The notes under the pieces: generated by a model | Database searches by the model: none | What the model saw: the letters and a program-made list of their open reading frames with translations, nothing else | What the model was told of the DNA's origin: nothing | Source of the DNA: the human T2T-CHM13v2.0 reference genome, Homo sapiens | Length of the DNA: 64,000 bases | Assembly (NCBI RefSeq): GCF_009914755.1 | Contig: NC_060929.1 | Strand: one strand, 5' to 3' | Shown: one piece after another, positions 1-18,031 of the stretch | Numbering within the stretch: the stretch's first letter is position 1 | Layout: each line of letters opens with the position of its first letter | Made by a program: the position numbers and the translations under genes

Positions 1-229
1 GGAGGCATCACATGGCAAGAGAGAAAGGGGGTGGGTTGTGTCATACTCTTTCTAACAACCAGTTCTCATGTGAACTAAGAGTGAGAGCTCATTCATAACT
101 GCAAAGATGGCACCAAATCATGGAGGATGTGCTTTCATAGTCCAAACACCTCCTACAGGCCTCACCTCCAGCGCTGGGGATTAAATCTCAACATGAAATT
201 TGGAGAAAACAAACATCTAGACTATATCA
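1..229 (-). mobile_element. MaLR (MST-type) LTR fragment, cut by window edge
   Basis: MST/THE1-like motifs (ccaaacacctcctacaggcctcacctcc...tctcaacatgaaatttgg...actatatca), ending in the reverse complement of the TGATA LTR start. Confidence 0.7.
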
Positions 230-1466
230 CAGGGACAATTGCAGAGATGTTTTATTTTTTCATGCTAGCATCAATTTATGTTCTTTCTGTTTGTCCAGAG
301 AGAGGGTTTGACTGAGAAAGTTAGTCTTGCTTATTGGAAAATGTGCCTTCATCATTTAACAGTGTGTTCCGTGGGCAAGGAAGGCAGAAGTGATGGCACA
401 CCACATATTTGCCTTTCGTGGCTTAAGTAAAACTCGTGAGTATATTATTACTAAGTTATTATTTTGAACTATGTTTAGTATAAAAATGTCAAAGATACAT
501 AAAATGAACAGTAAAATCAATTTTATGTGTCTGCCACAAAACATCAATATTTTGCTAATGCTATTTTATATTCATGCTTCCTATTTGTTTTTTTCTGTTA
601 AATTTTAAAACATATCCCAGTGTGGTATCACTGGAATATGTTTGAAACACAACATGATCCAGTGTTGTATCACTTTACTACTTAATTTTGGTAGTTTTAA
701 CTACTTTACTAATACTTATGTTAACATTACCTCCATGCCATTGTTGCATATAAATATAACAATAATTACCTGATGTCATCTAATTCCTAGTCCATGTTTG
801 AATTTTTCTAATTATTTCAAAAATGTTCTTTTTGTCTACTCTTAAAATTCAAACGATAACCTAGAACCAGTTATAATATTTGATTATGTGTCCTTAGTCT
901 GCTTTATCTTATAAATCTCTATTCAATTTTTATGTCATTGATTTGTTGGAGAAATTAGATCACTTGTCCTGCTGAATGTTGTACATTTTGAATTTACCTG
1001 TTCCCTCATGGTTTGGCTAATCTTATGTTTTTACCCTATAAGCTTGTAGGTAGATATAAAGGATTGATTCAATTGAGAGTCCATTCATTTGTGGAATATA
1101 TGTATTTTATTTTTGCTTAAGTTTTACATTTCAGGAATTTATTTTTAAAGTTTTCCTAAGGACATCTTGCCTTGAATAATGTTGGCACAGATTTTATTAT
1201 ACTAACATTTCTGCTACTAACAATTATAAATGTCAAACAAGACATATAAAATAGTTATTTGAAAGCATAGGATACAAGCAGGCAGATACTTGAGGGAATA
1301 AAATGATTGAAAAAAAGGAAATATACTAGTTGCAATCCATATTTACATGTTTTTCCCCCACTCTCAACAACGGCTGGAAATTGAAAAAGGAATCCAGAAA
1401 AATAGGAAGTCCACAAAAGGTAGAAACTCCAAAATCTGCATACATATTCTCTGCATACATCAAATC

Positions 1467-1876
1467 TTTCATGCGCATCTGTGTGAAGAGACCACCAAAC
1501 AGGCTTTGTGTGAGCAACAAGGCTGCTTATTTCACCTGGGTACAGGTGGGCTGAGTCCGAAAAGAGAGTCAGCGAAGGGAGATAGGGGTGGGACTGTTTT
1601 ATGAGATTTGGGTAGGTAAAGGAAAATTATAGTCTAAGGGGGATTGTGCTCTGGCGGGCAGGAGTGGGGGTCACAAGGTGCTCTGTAGGGGAGTTTTTGA
1701 GCCAGGATGAGCCAGAAGGAATTTCACAAGATAATGTCATCAGTTAAGGCAGGAACAGGCCATTTTCACTTCTTTTGTAGTGGAATGTCATCAGTTAAGG
1801 CAGGAACTGACCATCTGGATGTGTACTGCAGGTCACAGGGGATATGATGGCTTAGCTTGGGCTCAGAGACCTGACA
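1467..1876 (-). repeat. HERV-H 3' LTR (LTR7)
   Basis: Minus strand reads TGTCAGGTCTCTGAGCCCAAGC...GCGCATGAAA; direct repeat of 6606-7017. Confidence 0.95.
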
Positions 1877-1889
1877 TTCCTGTCTTCTT
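1877..1889 (-). other. Polypurine tract of HERV-H
   Basis: AAGAAGACAGGAA immediately precedes the 3' LTR on the minus strand. Confidence 0.85.
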
Positions 1890-2037
1890 ATATTAATAAG
1901 AAAAATAAAAAGAAATAGTGGTAAAGTGTTGGGACGATGAAAATTTTTGGGGGTGGTATGGAGAGATAATGGGCGATGTTTCTCAGGGCTGCTTCCAGCG
2001 GTATTAGGGGCAGCTTGGGAACGTAGAGTGGGAGAGA

Positions 2038-2220
2038 TTAAGCTGAAGGAAGATTTTGTGGTAAGGGGTGATATCCTGGGGTTGTTAGAAGAAATATTTG
2101 TTGTGTAGAATTATTGGTGATGGCCTGGATACAGTTTTGTATGAATTGAAAAACTAAACGGAGTAAGAGAAGGAGAAAAACAGGTTTTAAAGGACTAGGA
2201 ATTGGGAGGACCCAGGACAT
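2038..2220 (-). pseudogene. env: HERV-H env remnant (transmembrane C-terminus)
   Basis: SWVLPIPSPLKPVFLLLLLRLVFQFIQNCIQAITN resembles a gammaretroviral TM anchor and tail; most of env is absent. Confidence 0.75.
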
Positions 2221-2299
2221 TATTTAGAGAGTGCCTAAGGAGGTTCAGCATAGCCTTGCCAGCAAAGATTATTTACTTTAAGAGTTAAGAGTGGCGGTT

Positions 2300-4600
2300 T
2301 GGGGATAGCACCAGGAGATGCCAGCTGTGATGGTTTGGAGAAATAGTGTAAACCAGCAGTGTAAACAAGAGCAGGGCATTTATGAGTAGTTGAGAATGGT
2401 GAATAGGAGTATGACTAGACAGAAAATAGGGATGACAAGTTTCTTGGGGCACAGTCTAAGTTGGTCTGGTGTCTAGGATGAGACTGGGACCTAATAAAAA
2501 GGAGCTTCTATACAGGAGTTTAAATGGGCTGTACCTTGCAGCATTCCGAGGACAGGCCTGAATTCTGAGAAGGGCAAGAGGTAAAAGTACTGTCTAATCT
2601 TTTTCAAGTTGGAGGCTGAGCTTGGTGAGGTGTGTCTTTAAAGACCATTAGTCCGTTCTAACTTTCCTGAAGATTGAGGACGGTAAGGGATATGAAGGTT
2701 CTACTGAATACTAAGAGCCTGAGAAACTGCTCGGGTGATTTGACTAGTAAAGGCTGGTCTGTTATCAGACTGTATAGAGGTGGGAAGGCTAAACCGAGGA
2801 ATTATATCTGACAGAAGGGAAGAAATGACCGTGGTGGGCTTTTCAGACCCTGTAGGAAAGGCCTCTACCTATCCAGTGAAAGTGTCTACCTAGACTAAGA
2901 GGTATTTCTGTTTTCTGACTCGGGGCATGTGAGTAAAGTCAATTTGCCAGTCCTGGGCAGGGGCAAATCCTTGAGCTTGATGTGTAGGAAAGGTGGAACT
3001 GCCATCAATAAACTAAATGTGATCAGGGTGAGGAACAGGGAAGAAGAAAATATGGGGAAATGGGGTGAATAGCAGGTGGATCAGAGAGATGCAGTCATGA
3101 GGGTCAGGTGTGGTATCCAGAATAATGTGGGAGGCCAGATTGAAGTCTGGGCCAGGAGCAATAGTAATTGTGGGAGACTCAGCAAAGAGTGAGTACAGCT
3201 GAAGGAGCCGGGAAGCAGAAAGTATAGGCCTCAGGTGTGAGGAAGAAAATAGATTTTGAAAGTTATGAGAGCTATAGAGAGTGAGTTGAGCATAGTTTGT
3301 GATTTTGAGGGCCTCTAAAACTATTAGGGTGGTGGCAGCCACTGCACGGAGACATGATGGCCAGCCTAAAACAGTAAGGTGAAGTTGTTTGGACAAAAAG
3401 GCTACTGGATGCGATCCTGGTCCTTGTGTAAGAATTCTGACTGCACGGGCCTGTACTTCAGCTGTGGGTAATCAAAAGGGTTGGGATGAGTCAGGGAGAG
3501 CTAGGGTGGGGGCAGTCTTTAAAGCTGTCTTCAAGGAACAGAAAGAGGAGTGGGGAAAGGATTTAGGATCTATGGGGTCAGCTAGGTTTCTTTTTGTGAG
3601 TTTATATAATGGTTTTGTTACGATGGCAAAACCAGGTATCTAAAGTCAAAAGTATCTAACCATGCCTGGGAAGGAAAGGAGTTGTTGTTTTGTAGAAGGT
3701 ACTGGGGTTTGAGAGATCAGTCGGACATGATCGGCAGGGAGAGCATGTGTGTTTTTATGAGAATTATGCTGAGATAGGTAACAGATGAGGAAGAAATTTG
3801 GGCTTGATCGAAGTAATGGGGGCTGTCTGTGAAGCTTTGCGGCAGTACAGCCCAGGTAATTTGCTGAGCCTGATGGGTGTCAGGGTCAGTCCAAGTGAAA
3901 GTGAAGAGAGGCTGGGATGAAGGGTGCAAAGGAATAGTAAAGAAAGCATGTGTGAGATCCAGAACAGAATAATGGATTGTGGAGGGAGGTATTGAGGATA
4001 GGAGAGTATATGGGTTTGGTACCATGGGGTGCATAGGCAAAACAATTTGGTTGATAAGGCCCAGATCCTGAACTAACCTGTAAGCCTTGTCTGGTTTTAG
4101 GACAGGTGAAATGGGGGAATTATAAGGGGAGTTTATAGGTTTTAAAAGGCCATGCTGTAGCAGGCAAGTGATAACAGGCTTTAATCCTTTTAAAGCGTGC
4201 TGTGGGATGGGATATTGGCGTTGAGCGGGGTAAGGGTGATTAGGTTTTAATGAGATGGTAAGGGGTGCATGATCGGTCGCCAAGGAGGGAGTAGAGGTAT
4301 CTTACACTTGTGGGCTAAGGTGGGGAGTTACAAGGGGAGGATGTGAAGGAGGCTTTGAACTGGAGGAAAAGGCGGCATGTAGCCCAGGAATAGTCAGGGA
4401 AGCAGATAATTTAGCTAAAGTGTCCTGGCCTAATAAGGGAACTGGGCAGGTGGGGATAACTAAACAGGAGTGCTTAAAAGAGTATTTTCTAAGTTGGCAC
4501 CAGAGTTAGAGTTGGGAAATTTTAAGAGGTTTAGAAGCCTGGCCGTCAGTACCTACAACAGTTATGGAGGCAAGGGAAACAGGTCTTTGAAAAGAAGGTA
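2300..4600 (-). pseudogene. pol: HERV-H pro/pol remnant (RT N-terminus, connection domain, integrase pieces)
   Basis: ORF 3717-4283 has QYPI, SPYNSPI, YRLVQDL, LDLTHAFF and LPQSFTDSPHYF but no YxDD box; integrase motif QDWQIDFTHMP near 2923-2955; many stops; boundaries approximate. Confidence 0.9.
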
Positions 4601-4789
4601 ATGTGGAGTGGGTTGCCTCCATATTGATTAAGAAGGGGACGGACTTACCTTCCTGTGAGAGTTACCCAGAGCATCTGTGGTGGTCCTGTAGGCTTCCGAG
4701 GCAATCGGGCAGTCTCAGTCTTCAGCTGCTAAGCCGAGAAGATCTGGGAAGAAGTCAGAGAACCTTGGGCCAGAGTTCCAGGGGCTCTG

Positions 4790-6100
4790 GGAGTGGCTGC
4801 CAGGTGAGTTGAACAGTCCGATTTTCAGTGGGATCCCGCACAGATGGGACACGGCTTAGGAGGAATCCTGGGCTGTGGGCATTCCTTGGTCCAGTGGCCA
4901 GATTTCCGGCACATGTAGCAAGCTCTTGGGGGAGGAGGTTCTGGAGGAACCCCTTGCAGCTGCGGTTCAGGCATTTGGAAGTTCTTGTGTGCTGGAGACA
5001 TGGCTGGGGTATGTCTCACAGTGGAGACAAGGAATTGCAACTCAGAAATATGTTGCTACTTGGCTGCCTTTACTCTATTATTGTACACCTTGAAGGTGAG
5101 GTTAATTAAGTCCTGTTGTGGGGTTTGAGGGCTGGAATTTAATTTTTGGAGAATTATTTAATGTCGGGAGCAGATTGGGTAATAAAATAAAATGTATATT
5201 GAGAATAAGATGGCCTTTGGAACTTTTAGGGTCTAGGGCTATAAAGCGTCTCAGGGTTGCTACTGAAGAGGCCATGAACTAGGCTGGGTTTTTTATATTT
5301 GATGAAAAGGAGTCTAAACGCTAACTGATTTGGGAGAGGTTGGATAAAGAAAAAGTAGCATTAACCTTGACTATGCCTTTAGCTCCAGCCACCTTTTTAA
5401 GAGGAAATTGCTGGGCAGGTGGGGGAGGGCTAGTCACAGAACAAAACTGTAAGCCCGACCAGGTGTGAGGAGGGGAGGTGATAAAAGGATTATGGGGTGG
5501 AGGAGCAGAGGCTGAGGAAGAATTTGGACCTAGCTCAGCCTGGTGAGGAGGGGAGAGGTCAGATGGGTCTGTAGAAAAGGAAGATTAGAAAGACTCAGCG
5601 ACGCTTGGGGTTGGGACTGAGGGGAGAGGTCAGATGGGTCTGTAGAAAAGGAAGATTAGAAAGACTCAGTGATGCTTGGGGTTGGGACTGAGGGGACAGT
5701 CAGGAGGGAAAGAAGGAAGATTTGGGACGAGTTACATTGGGAACAGAGACTAGGGAGAGACCGATATGTAAAAGAATGCCTGGACATCGGGCACCTCAGA
5801 CCGTTTGCCCATTTTACGACAAGAATTATCTAGATCTTGTAGGATGGAAAAATTGAAACTGCTGTTTTCTGGCTATTTAGAGCCATTTTCAAGTTTGTAT
5901 TAGGGCTAAGTAGTGTTGCAGAAGAAAATAAGATGCTTAGGTTTTAGGTCAGGTGAGAGTTGAAGAGGTTTTAAGTTCTTAAGAACACAGGCTAAGGGAG
6001 AAGAAGGAGGAATGGAGGGTGGAAGCTTGCCTATAGTGAAGGAGACAAGTTGAAAGAAAAGGGTAGAGACACGGAGAAGGGGGTGGGGAGCAGCCCTGGG
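4790..6100 (-). pseudogene. gag: HERV-H gag remnant
   Basis: Zinc knuckle CYMCRKSGHWTKEC plus a second CPICAGSH* in ORF 4825-5040; matrix-like region around 5870-6000; stops and frameshifts; boundaries approximate. Confidence 0.85.
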
Positions 6101-6453
6101 CTGCAACATGGGTGAGCAGCCAAAGCAGGCGTCCCCGCAATTGACTTGACATCAAGGGAACGTGGGTGAATGATCAAGGCAAGCATCCCCGCAGAGATCA
6201 GACACCAATGGAAGGTGGGTGAATAATCAGGTAGGTGTCCCCCCAGTGATTAAATACCAAGGGAAGGCTGCCTTCCCAAGTCCGTGACCGGTGCTGGAGT
6301 TTTGGGTCCATGGATAAAATGTGTCTCCTTTGTCTCTACCAGAAAATGAAAGGAATTAAGAGAAGGGAGAGATTGAAGTGTGGTGACAAGATTGAAAAGA
6401 GAAAGAGGTTGAGGGATAGTGAGGGAGGTTGGAGAAGAGAGTAAAAAGAGGCC

Positions 6454-6462
6454 GCTTACCAG
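6454..6462 (-). promoter_or_regulatory. HERV-H major splice donor
   Basis: CTG|GTAAGC on the minus strand, ~130 nt downstream of the PBS, at the usual HERV-H donor position. Confidence 0.75.
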
Positions 6463-6585
6463 ATTTAAAATTGGTGAGATGTTCCTTGGGCTGGTTGGTC
6501 TGAGGACCAGAGGTCATAGGTGGATCTTTCTCATGGAACAAAGAGCAGGAGGACAGGGGATTGATCTCCAAAGGGAGGTCCCCTG

Positions 6586-6603
6586 ATCCGAGTCACGGCA
6601 CCA
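6586..6603 (-). other. Primer binding site complementary to tRNA-His
   Basis: TGGTGCCGTGACTCGGAT, an 18-nt complement of the tRNA-His 3' end. Confidence 0.95.
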
Positions 6604-6605
6604 AA

Positions 6606-7017
6606 TTTCATGCATTTCTGTTTGAAGAGACCACAAAACAGGCTTTGTGTGAGCAACAAGGCTGTTTATTTCACCTGGGTGCAGGCTGGCTGAGTCCGAA
6701 AAGAGAGTCAGTGAAGGGAGATGGGGTGGGGCCATTTTATAATATTTGGGTAGGTAAAGGAAAATTACAGTCAAAGGGGGGTTGTTCTCTGGAGGGCAGG
6801 AGTGGGGTCACGAGGTGCTCAGTAAGGGAGCTTTTGAGCCAGGATGAGCCAGGAGAAGGAATTTCACAAGATAATGTCATCAGTTAAGGCAGAAACAGGC
6901 CATTTTCACTTCTTTTGTGGTGGAATGTCATCAGTTAAGGCAGGAACTGGCCATCTGGATGTGTGTGTGCAGGTCACAGGGGATATGATGGCTTAGCTTG
7001 GGCTCAGAGGCCTGACA
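6606..7017 (-). promoter_or_regulatory. HERV-H 5' LTR (LTR7; LTR7up-like architecture)
   Basis: TGTCAGGCCTCTGAGCCC start, duplicated CCTTAACTGATGACATT block, ACAAAAGA (6911-6918), TATAAAA (6735-6741), AATAAA (6665-6670). Confidence 0.93.
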
Positions 7018-7224
7018 AAATCTTTGATGTATTCCTGAGCTGTATACATGCAGAGGGTGAAGCTTCAAGGAGTTCAAAACCTAGGAGTGAAAGAGCTAAA
7101 AATTTAATGGTTCTCTGGTGCTGGGAAAAGAGTCTGGGGTACAATCCTCATTAAGTTAGGGCAGATTACCAAGTAGCTTGGGCTTTTGAGTTAAATCCCT
7201 AAAGGACCATGCCTTAGAGTTAAG

Positions 7225-8628
7225 AACTATATGGTGTAAGATCGGAGACTGTAAAACTGCTAGAAGAAAACAAACAAACAAAATACACAAAATTGTTTTG
7301 GCAGTGATTTGCTTTTTAGACTTGATTCCAAAAGCACAGGCAGCAAAAGCAATAATAGACAAATGGGATCACATCAAAATGAAAAACTTCTGCATAACAA
7401 AGGAAACAATTAAGCAAGGGAAGGGACAATGTACAGATTGAGAGAAAGTATTTGCAAACCAAATACCTGATAAGGGATTAATATCTAAAATATACAAGAA
7501 ACTCAAACAATTCTATAGAAATAAAACAACTAATTCAGTTTATAAATGGGCAAGGGCCCTGAATAGACATTTCTCAAAAAAGACATACAAATTACCAAAT
7601 GACCAACACATATGTAATCTGATTAGTGATTTTGACATGTAGATATATGTGTGTGTGTATGTGTGTGTATATATGTGTGCACGTGTGTATATATAATACA
7701 CATGCATATATATATCTCAACATTACTTATCAATAGTGAGAAACAAATTAAAACCACAATGACATATACCCTCACACTTGTCAAAATGGCTATTATCAAA
7801 GAGACAAAAGATAACAAGTGTTGGAAAGCAGGTGGAGAAAAGGAAACATCTGTACACTGTTAGTATAAATGTGAATTAGTGCAGCCACTATGGAAAATTA
7901 TATGGTGGTTTCTTAAAGAAAATAGAGTTACTATATCATCGAGAAATCCCACATCTTGGTATTTGCCCAAAAGATTTGAAATTAGTATGTTGAAGATATG
8001 TCTGCACTCACATGCTCATTGCAGCACTATTCACAATAGCGAAGTTATGGAATCAACCTATATGTCCATCAACAGATGAATAAATTTTAAAAATGTGGTG
8101 TGTGTATATATATATATACATATATATATAATTCAGCCTTAAGAAAGATAAATTTGCCACTTGAAATAACACACACGAAATTGGAAAATGTTATGCTAAG
8201 TGAAATAAAACAGCCACAGAAAAACAAATAATACATGTTCTTACTAATATGTGGAATCTTAAAGGATCAAACTCAATCAGAGAGTACAATGGTGATTACC
8301 ACAGGCAGGTGGGTGAGGAAAATGGGGAGATGATGGTTAAAGGATACAAAGCTTCAATTAGACAGGGAGAATAAGTTATGTTTTCCTTTGAGATATATTG
8401 CACAACATGGTGAATATAGTAAGAAATAATGTAATCTAATGTACACTTCAAAATTGCTGAGAGTAAACTTCAGATTTTCTCACCACAAAAAATTGATAAA
8501 TATTTGTGGTGCTTAATATGTTAATTAGTCTTATTCCACATTGTAGCCATAAATTATAACATCACTTTGTATCTTGTAAATATGCAAAATCATAATTTGC
8601 CAATGTACAGTTTAAAAAAATAAAAATG
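7225..8628 (+). mobile_element. L1MA-family LINE-1 3' fragment (ORF2 end plus 3'UTR), with TG/TA microsatellites
   Basis: Degenerate ORF2 C-terminal motifs (QIKTTMTY.LT.VKMAIIK) and an L1MA-type 3'UTR ending in an A-rich tail. Confidence 0.8.
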
Positions 8629-8629
8629 T

Positions 8630-11032
<2,403 letters not shown>

Positions 11033-12879
11033 AATGTACCAAACACCCACAAGACTCACTCTTTACCAGATTCATTGATTGTGAATGATCTCTCTCTCTC
11101 CCTCCCTATCTCTCCCCTGCCCCCAACTCTCTTTCTTTCTCTTTCTCTTCTCTATCTTGGCAACTTCAGCAAAAAGAGGGGAAACAAAAAAGTAAAGAAA
11201 GTGTAAAGGCACGAATGAATCAGGAGTGGTACTGAGCATGGAATTCTGTTATAATTTTTGAGGTCTTTTAATTATTATTTTTCTAGGAGTGTGGAGCATA
11301 ATTCTTATTTCAATTTTTATTATTCTTAAAAATGCTACTAATTTTTGAAAACGGGGTCAGGATATCATGAAATCAAACAAATGGAGTTCCAACTCATAGA
11401 GATCTCTAAATTACACATTAATTCATTTTAAAATTTCACTTACATTAATTAAGTACAACTCTGTGTACTTTATAGTGGCATTTATGCAAATGGTTAAAGG
11501 TAATTGAGATGTGCCAGTACATAACAAGTTTTATTGAATACCTACCACATATACACACTAAACTCAGCCTGGGAAATACAGCAATGGATGGTACATGCCT
11601 ATTCTCTATGTTCATGGAGCCCACAATCTTCCAATGGGGCATCCTATTGAGGAAACTCTAGAAGAGCATTTTAAAAACTATTACTATTAATTCACTTTTA
11701 CAGCTAAAGGTCTTTCCCTAGAGACATTCGGGAGATGGCAGGAAATCCTGGTTACCAGTATATGAAAAATGATGAAGTATGAAATACAAAATGTGTTACA
11801 TTGAGAGTTAATCTAATAACTATTTAAAAACATGTTACAACATGATGAATTTGGTGCTTGAAATCTTGCAGAAAAACTGTAGTAGTACATAATTAGAAAT
11901 GGAAAAAATCATAGAACAAATATCTTACAAAACAGCTGAAAAAGAACACTCTTCACAACAGAATAATCTCTGGAATGACAGATGGGTGCTTAGTTTCCTG
12001 GGACATTTAGAGAAAATCATATTAAAAAGCCCAGAAAAAATTATGGTGGAGAGTCACTTATTATTCTACAGCAAATAGACTATGTTCACTATTCTTCTAC
12101 TTGGTTCCAATTTCTATTCTAAAATTGACAAATCTGTTCTAGCTTATTTTTATTTCTTTCCCCAGTATCCTGAATAATTTTTTTAAATGTACGGATTCTT
12201 ATAATCATTACCTTGTGATTTTTCAGAACAGGAGAGAATGTTTTTAGAGGAAAGTGGTGAACAATGACATAAGAATCGCAATCTGATTTTACTTGTAATT
12301 ATTTTGTTAGATATGTGTGTGTCTCCATATCACACATGCTAAACCAAAAATCAAGTATGTTTAAAGAGGATAAATCTAATTGTTGCAGAGAAAAATTTAT
12401 AAATGCTTATTCAAGTTGCATTTATTTGAGAAAATTATATTTGAAAAGAGATTCATGGCCAAATATTCCATCGAACACATTGCATTAGTTAGGACAATTA
12501 AAACTACAACTACAAAATTTTGTGGCAGAACATAATAAAGTTTGTTTCTCCCTTATGCGAAGTACAAAGTACATGATGATTCTCTAGAACAACTGTCCTC
12601 CATTAGGTGACTTTCAAGTCCGGGTCACTTGTGGCACTCACTCTATCTTAATACATATTCTTTCAACCATGAAACGCAGAGAAAGAGACTGTCTGTTGCA
12701 CTGAAAATAGAATGTTTTGGCTGAGAAGGAGCACATATCAGGTTTGCTCACAATCCATTCACCAGACCTTACTCAGAGCTGGTAACATGACTCTTCCTGC
12801 TAAGGGTATGGGTGTTTGGACAGAAAAAGGAGAATGGTATATATGTGAGTACTAGAAATCTACACCATGTATGTTACAT

Positions 12880-13005
12880 TCTTCTATGAGAATGTAAACC
12901 CATGAGGGCAGGATGCTTGTCTGTTTAATTCACTGCTGCTGTAGCCCCAAAGCCTTGAATAGTTTCTTACACATAATTGGTGCTGAATGTTTGTCAAATA
13001 AATGC
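12880..13005 (+). mobile_element. L2 LINE 3' end
   Basis: gaatgtaaacccatgagggcagg...tcactgctg...aataaatg matches the L2 3' terminus. Confidence 0.6.
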
Positions 13006-14145
13006 AGAAAAAAAATCACCTGGAGATTAATTCCTCCAGATAGGGCTTTGGGTGGCAGATATTTGGACTTTCTTAGAGTTTTCCTTAGTAAATAAGCTGT
13101 ACAATAATCATATTGAATGGTGAGAAAGCTGGGGTGACTAGACACAGTCTCTGAATAATCATTATGATGGCCTTTGTAGTCAAGATTACTTTCAGGTACA
13201 GATGGCAGACTATTCAAGTAAAAAAAGACTTAAACAACCGGGATTTAACATTCTCCTACATAATAAACAGTCTTCAGGACAATAGTCATGGAGTGATTTA
13301 TTGGCTCAATAGTTATCAAAGACCCAGAGTGTCCCCATCTTTCCACTCTGTCAAACTAAGTGTGTTGAAAAGAATCACATAATGGTCACCAAATCCTTAT
13401 AAAACAATGTTTTTAAAAAATAAGTTGGGGCCAGCAGTTGTCCTCATGCATCTCTCTCTCAGATAGGAAACTATTTTTCAAAACCCTCCTGAAAGACATC
13501 ATTCTATATCTCAGTGGCTAAACTAAGTAACATGCCACGACCTAGCTGTAGGACAGGGGCTTGGGCTGGAGTTAAAAACTTGGAGTTATCAGCATACAGA
13601 TGGTATTTGGAGTCATGAGACTGGATGAGATCACCAATGAAATGATGTTGATAGAAAGTGGGAATCATTAGAGTTCTTCAATATTAAGAATTTGGGGAAA
13701 TTAGGTGGCACTTTGTAGGTCGGTAACCTTGGGGAAGTTACTTAACCTTTCTGAGCCTCCACCTTTTCAGCTCCAAAATGAGGAGAATATATAAATAGCC
13801 AAATATCTATACAACCTACTCAAAACTCCTAAAGTTACCCAGGCTTGTATTTTCAGTGTAATATTAAGGAGAAAGGATTAAATAAAACAGTGCATGTGCC
13901 ATACACTGTGTGTATCTGATATGTATTAACTTTCTTTTTTATTTATTTATTTAAGTTTTAGGGTACATGTGCACAACGTGCAGGTTTGTTACGTATGTAT
14001 ACATGTGCCACGTTGGTGTGCTGCATCCATTAACTCATCATTTAACATTAGGTATATCTCATAATGCTATCCCTCCCCCACTCCCACCCCAAAACAGGCC
14101 CCAGTGTGTGATGTTTCCCTTCCTGTGTCCATGTGTTTTCATTAT

Positions 14146-17968
<3,823 letters not shown>

Positions 17969-18031
17969 TATGATGTTAGCTGGTGATTTTGCTCGTTAGT
18001 TGATGCAGTTTCTTCCTAGCCTTGATGGTTT

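Larger units (their letters stand above)
1467..7017 (-). mobile_element. HERV-H endogenous retrovirus provirus, internally deleted type, 5551 bp
   Basis: Two ~410-bp direct-repeat LTRs, tRNA-His PBS, polypurine tract, gag/pol/env remnants, and 5-bp TSD AAATC at 1462-1466 and 7018-7022. Confidence 0.97.

Noticed and set aside
1733-1810. Direct repeats inside the LTR as a CRISPR-like or novel array
   Set aside because: They are the ordinary LTR7 U3 repeat blocks and occur in both LTRs
6586-6603. tRNA-His gene fragment on the plus strand
   Set aside because: It is the 18-nt retroviral primer binding site, including CCA, not a tRNA gene
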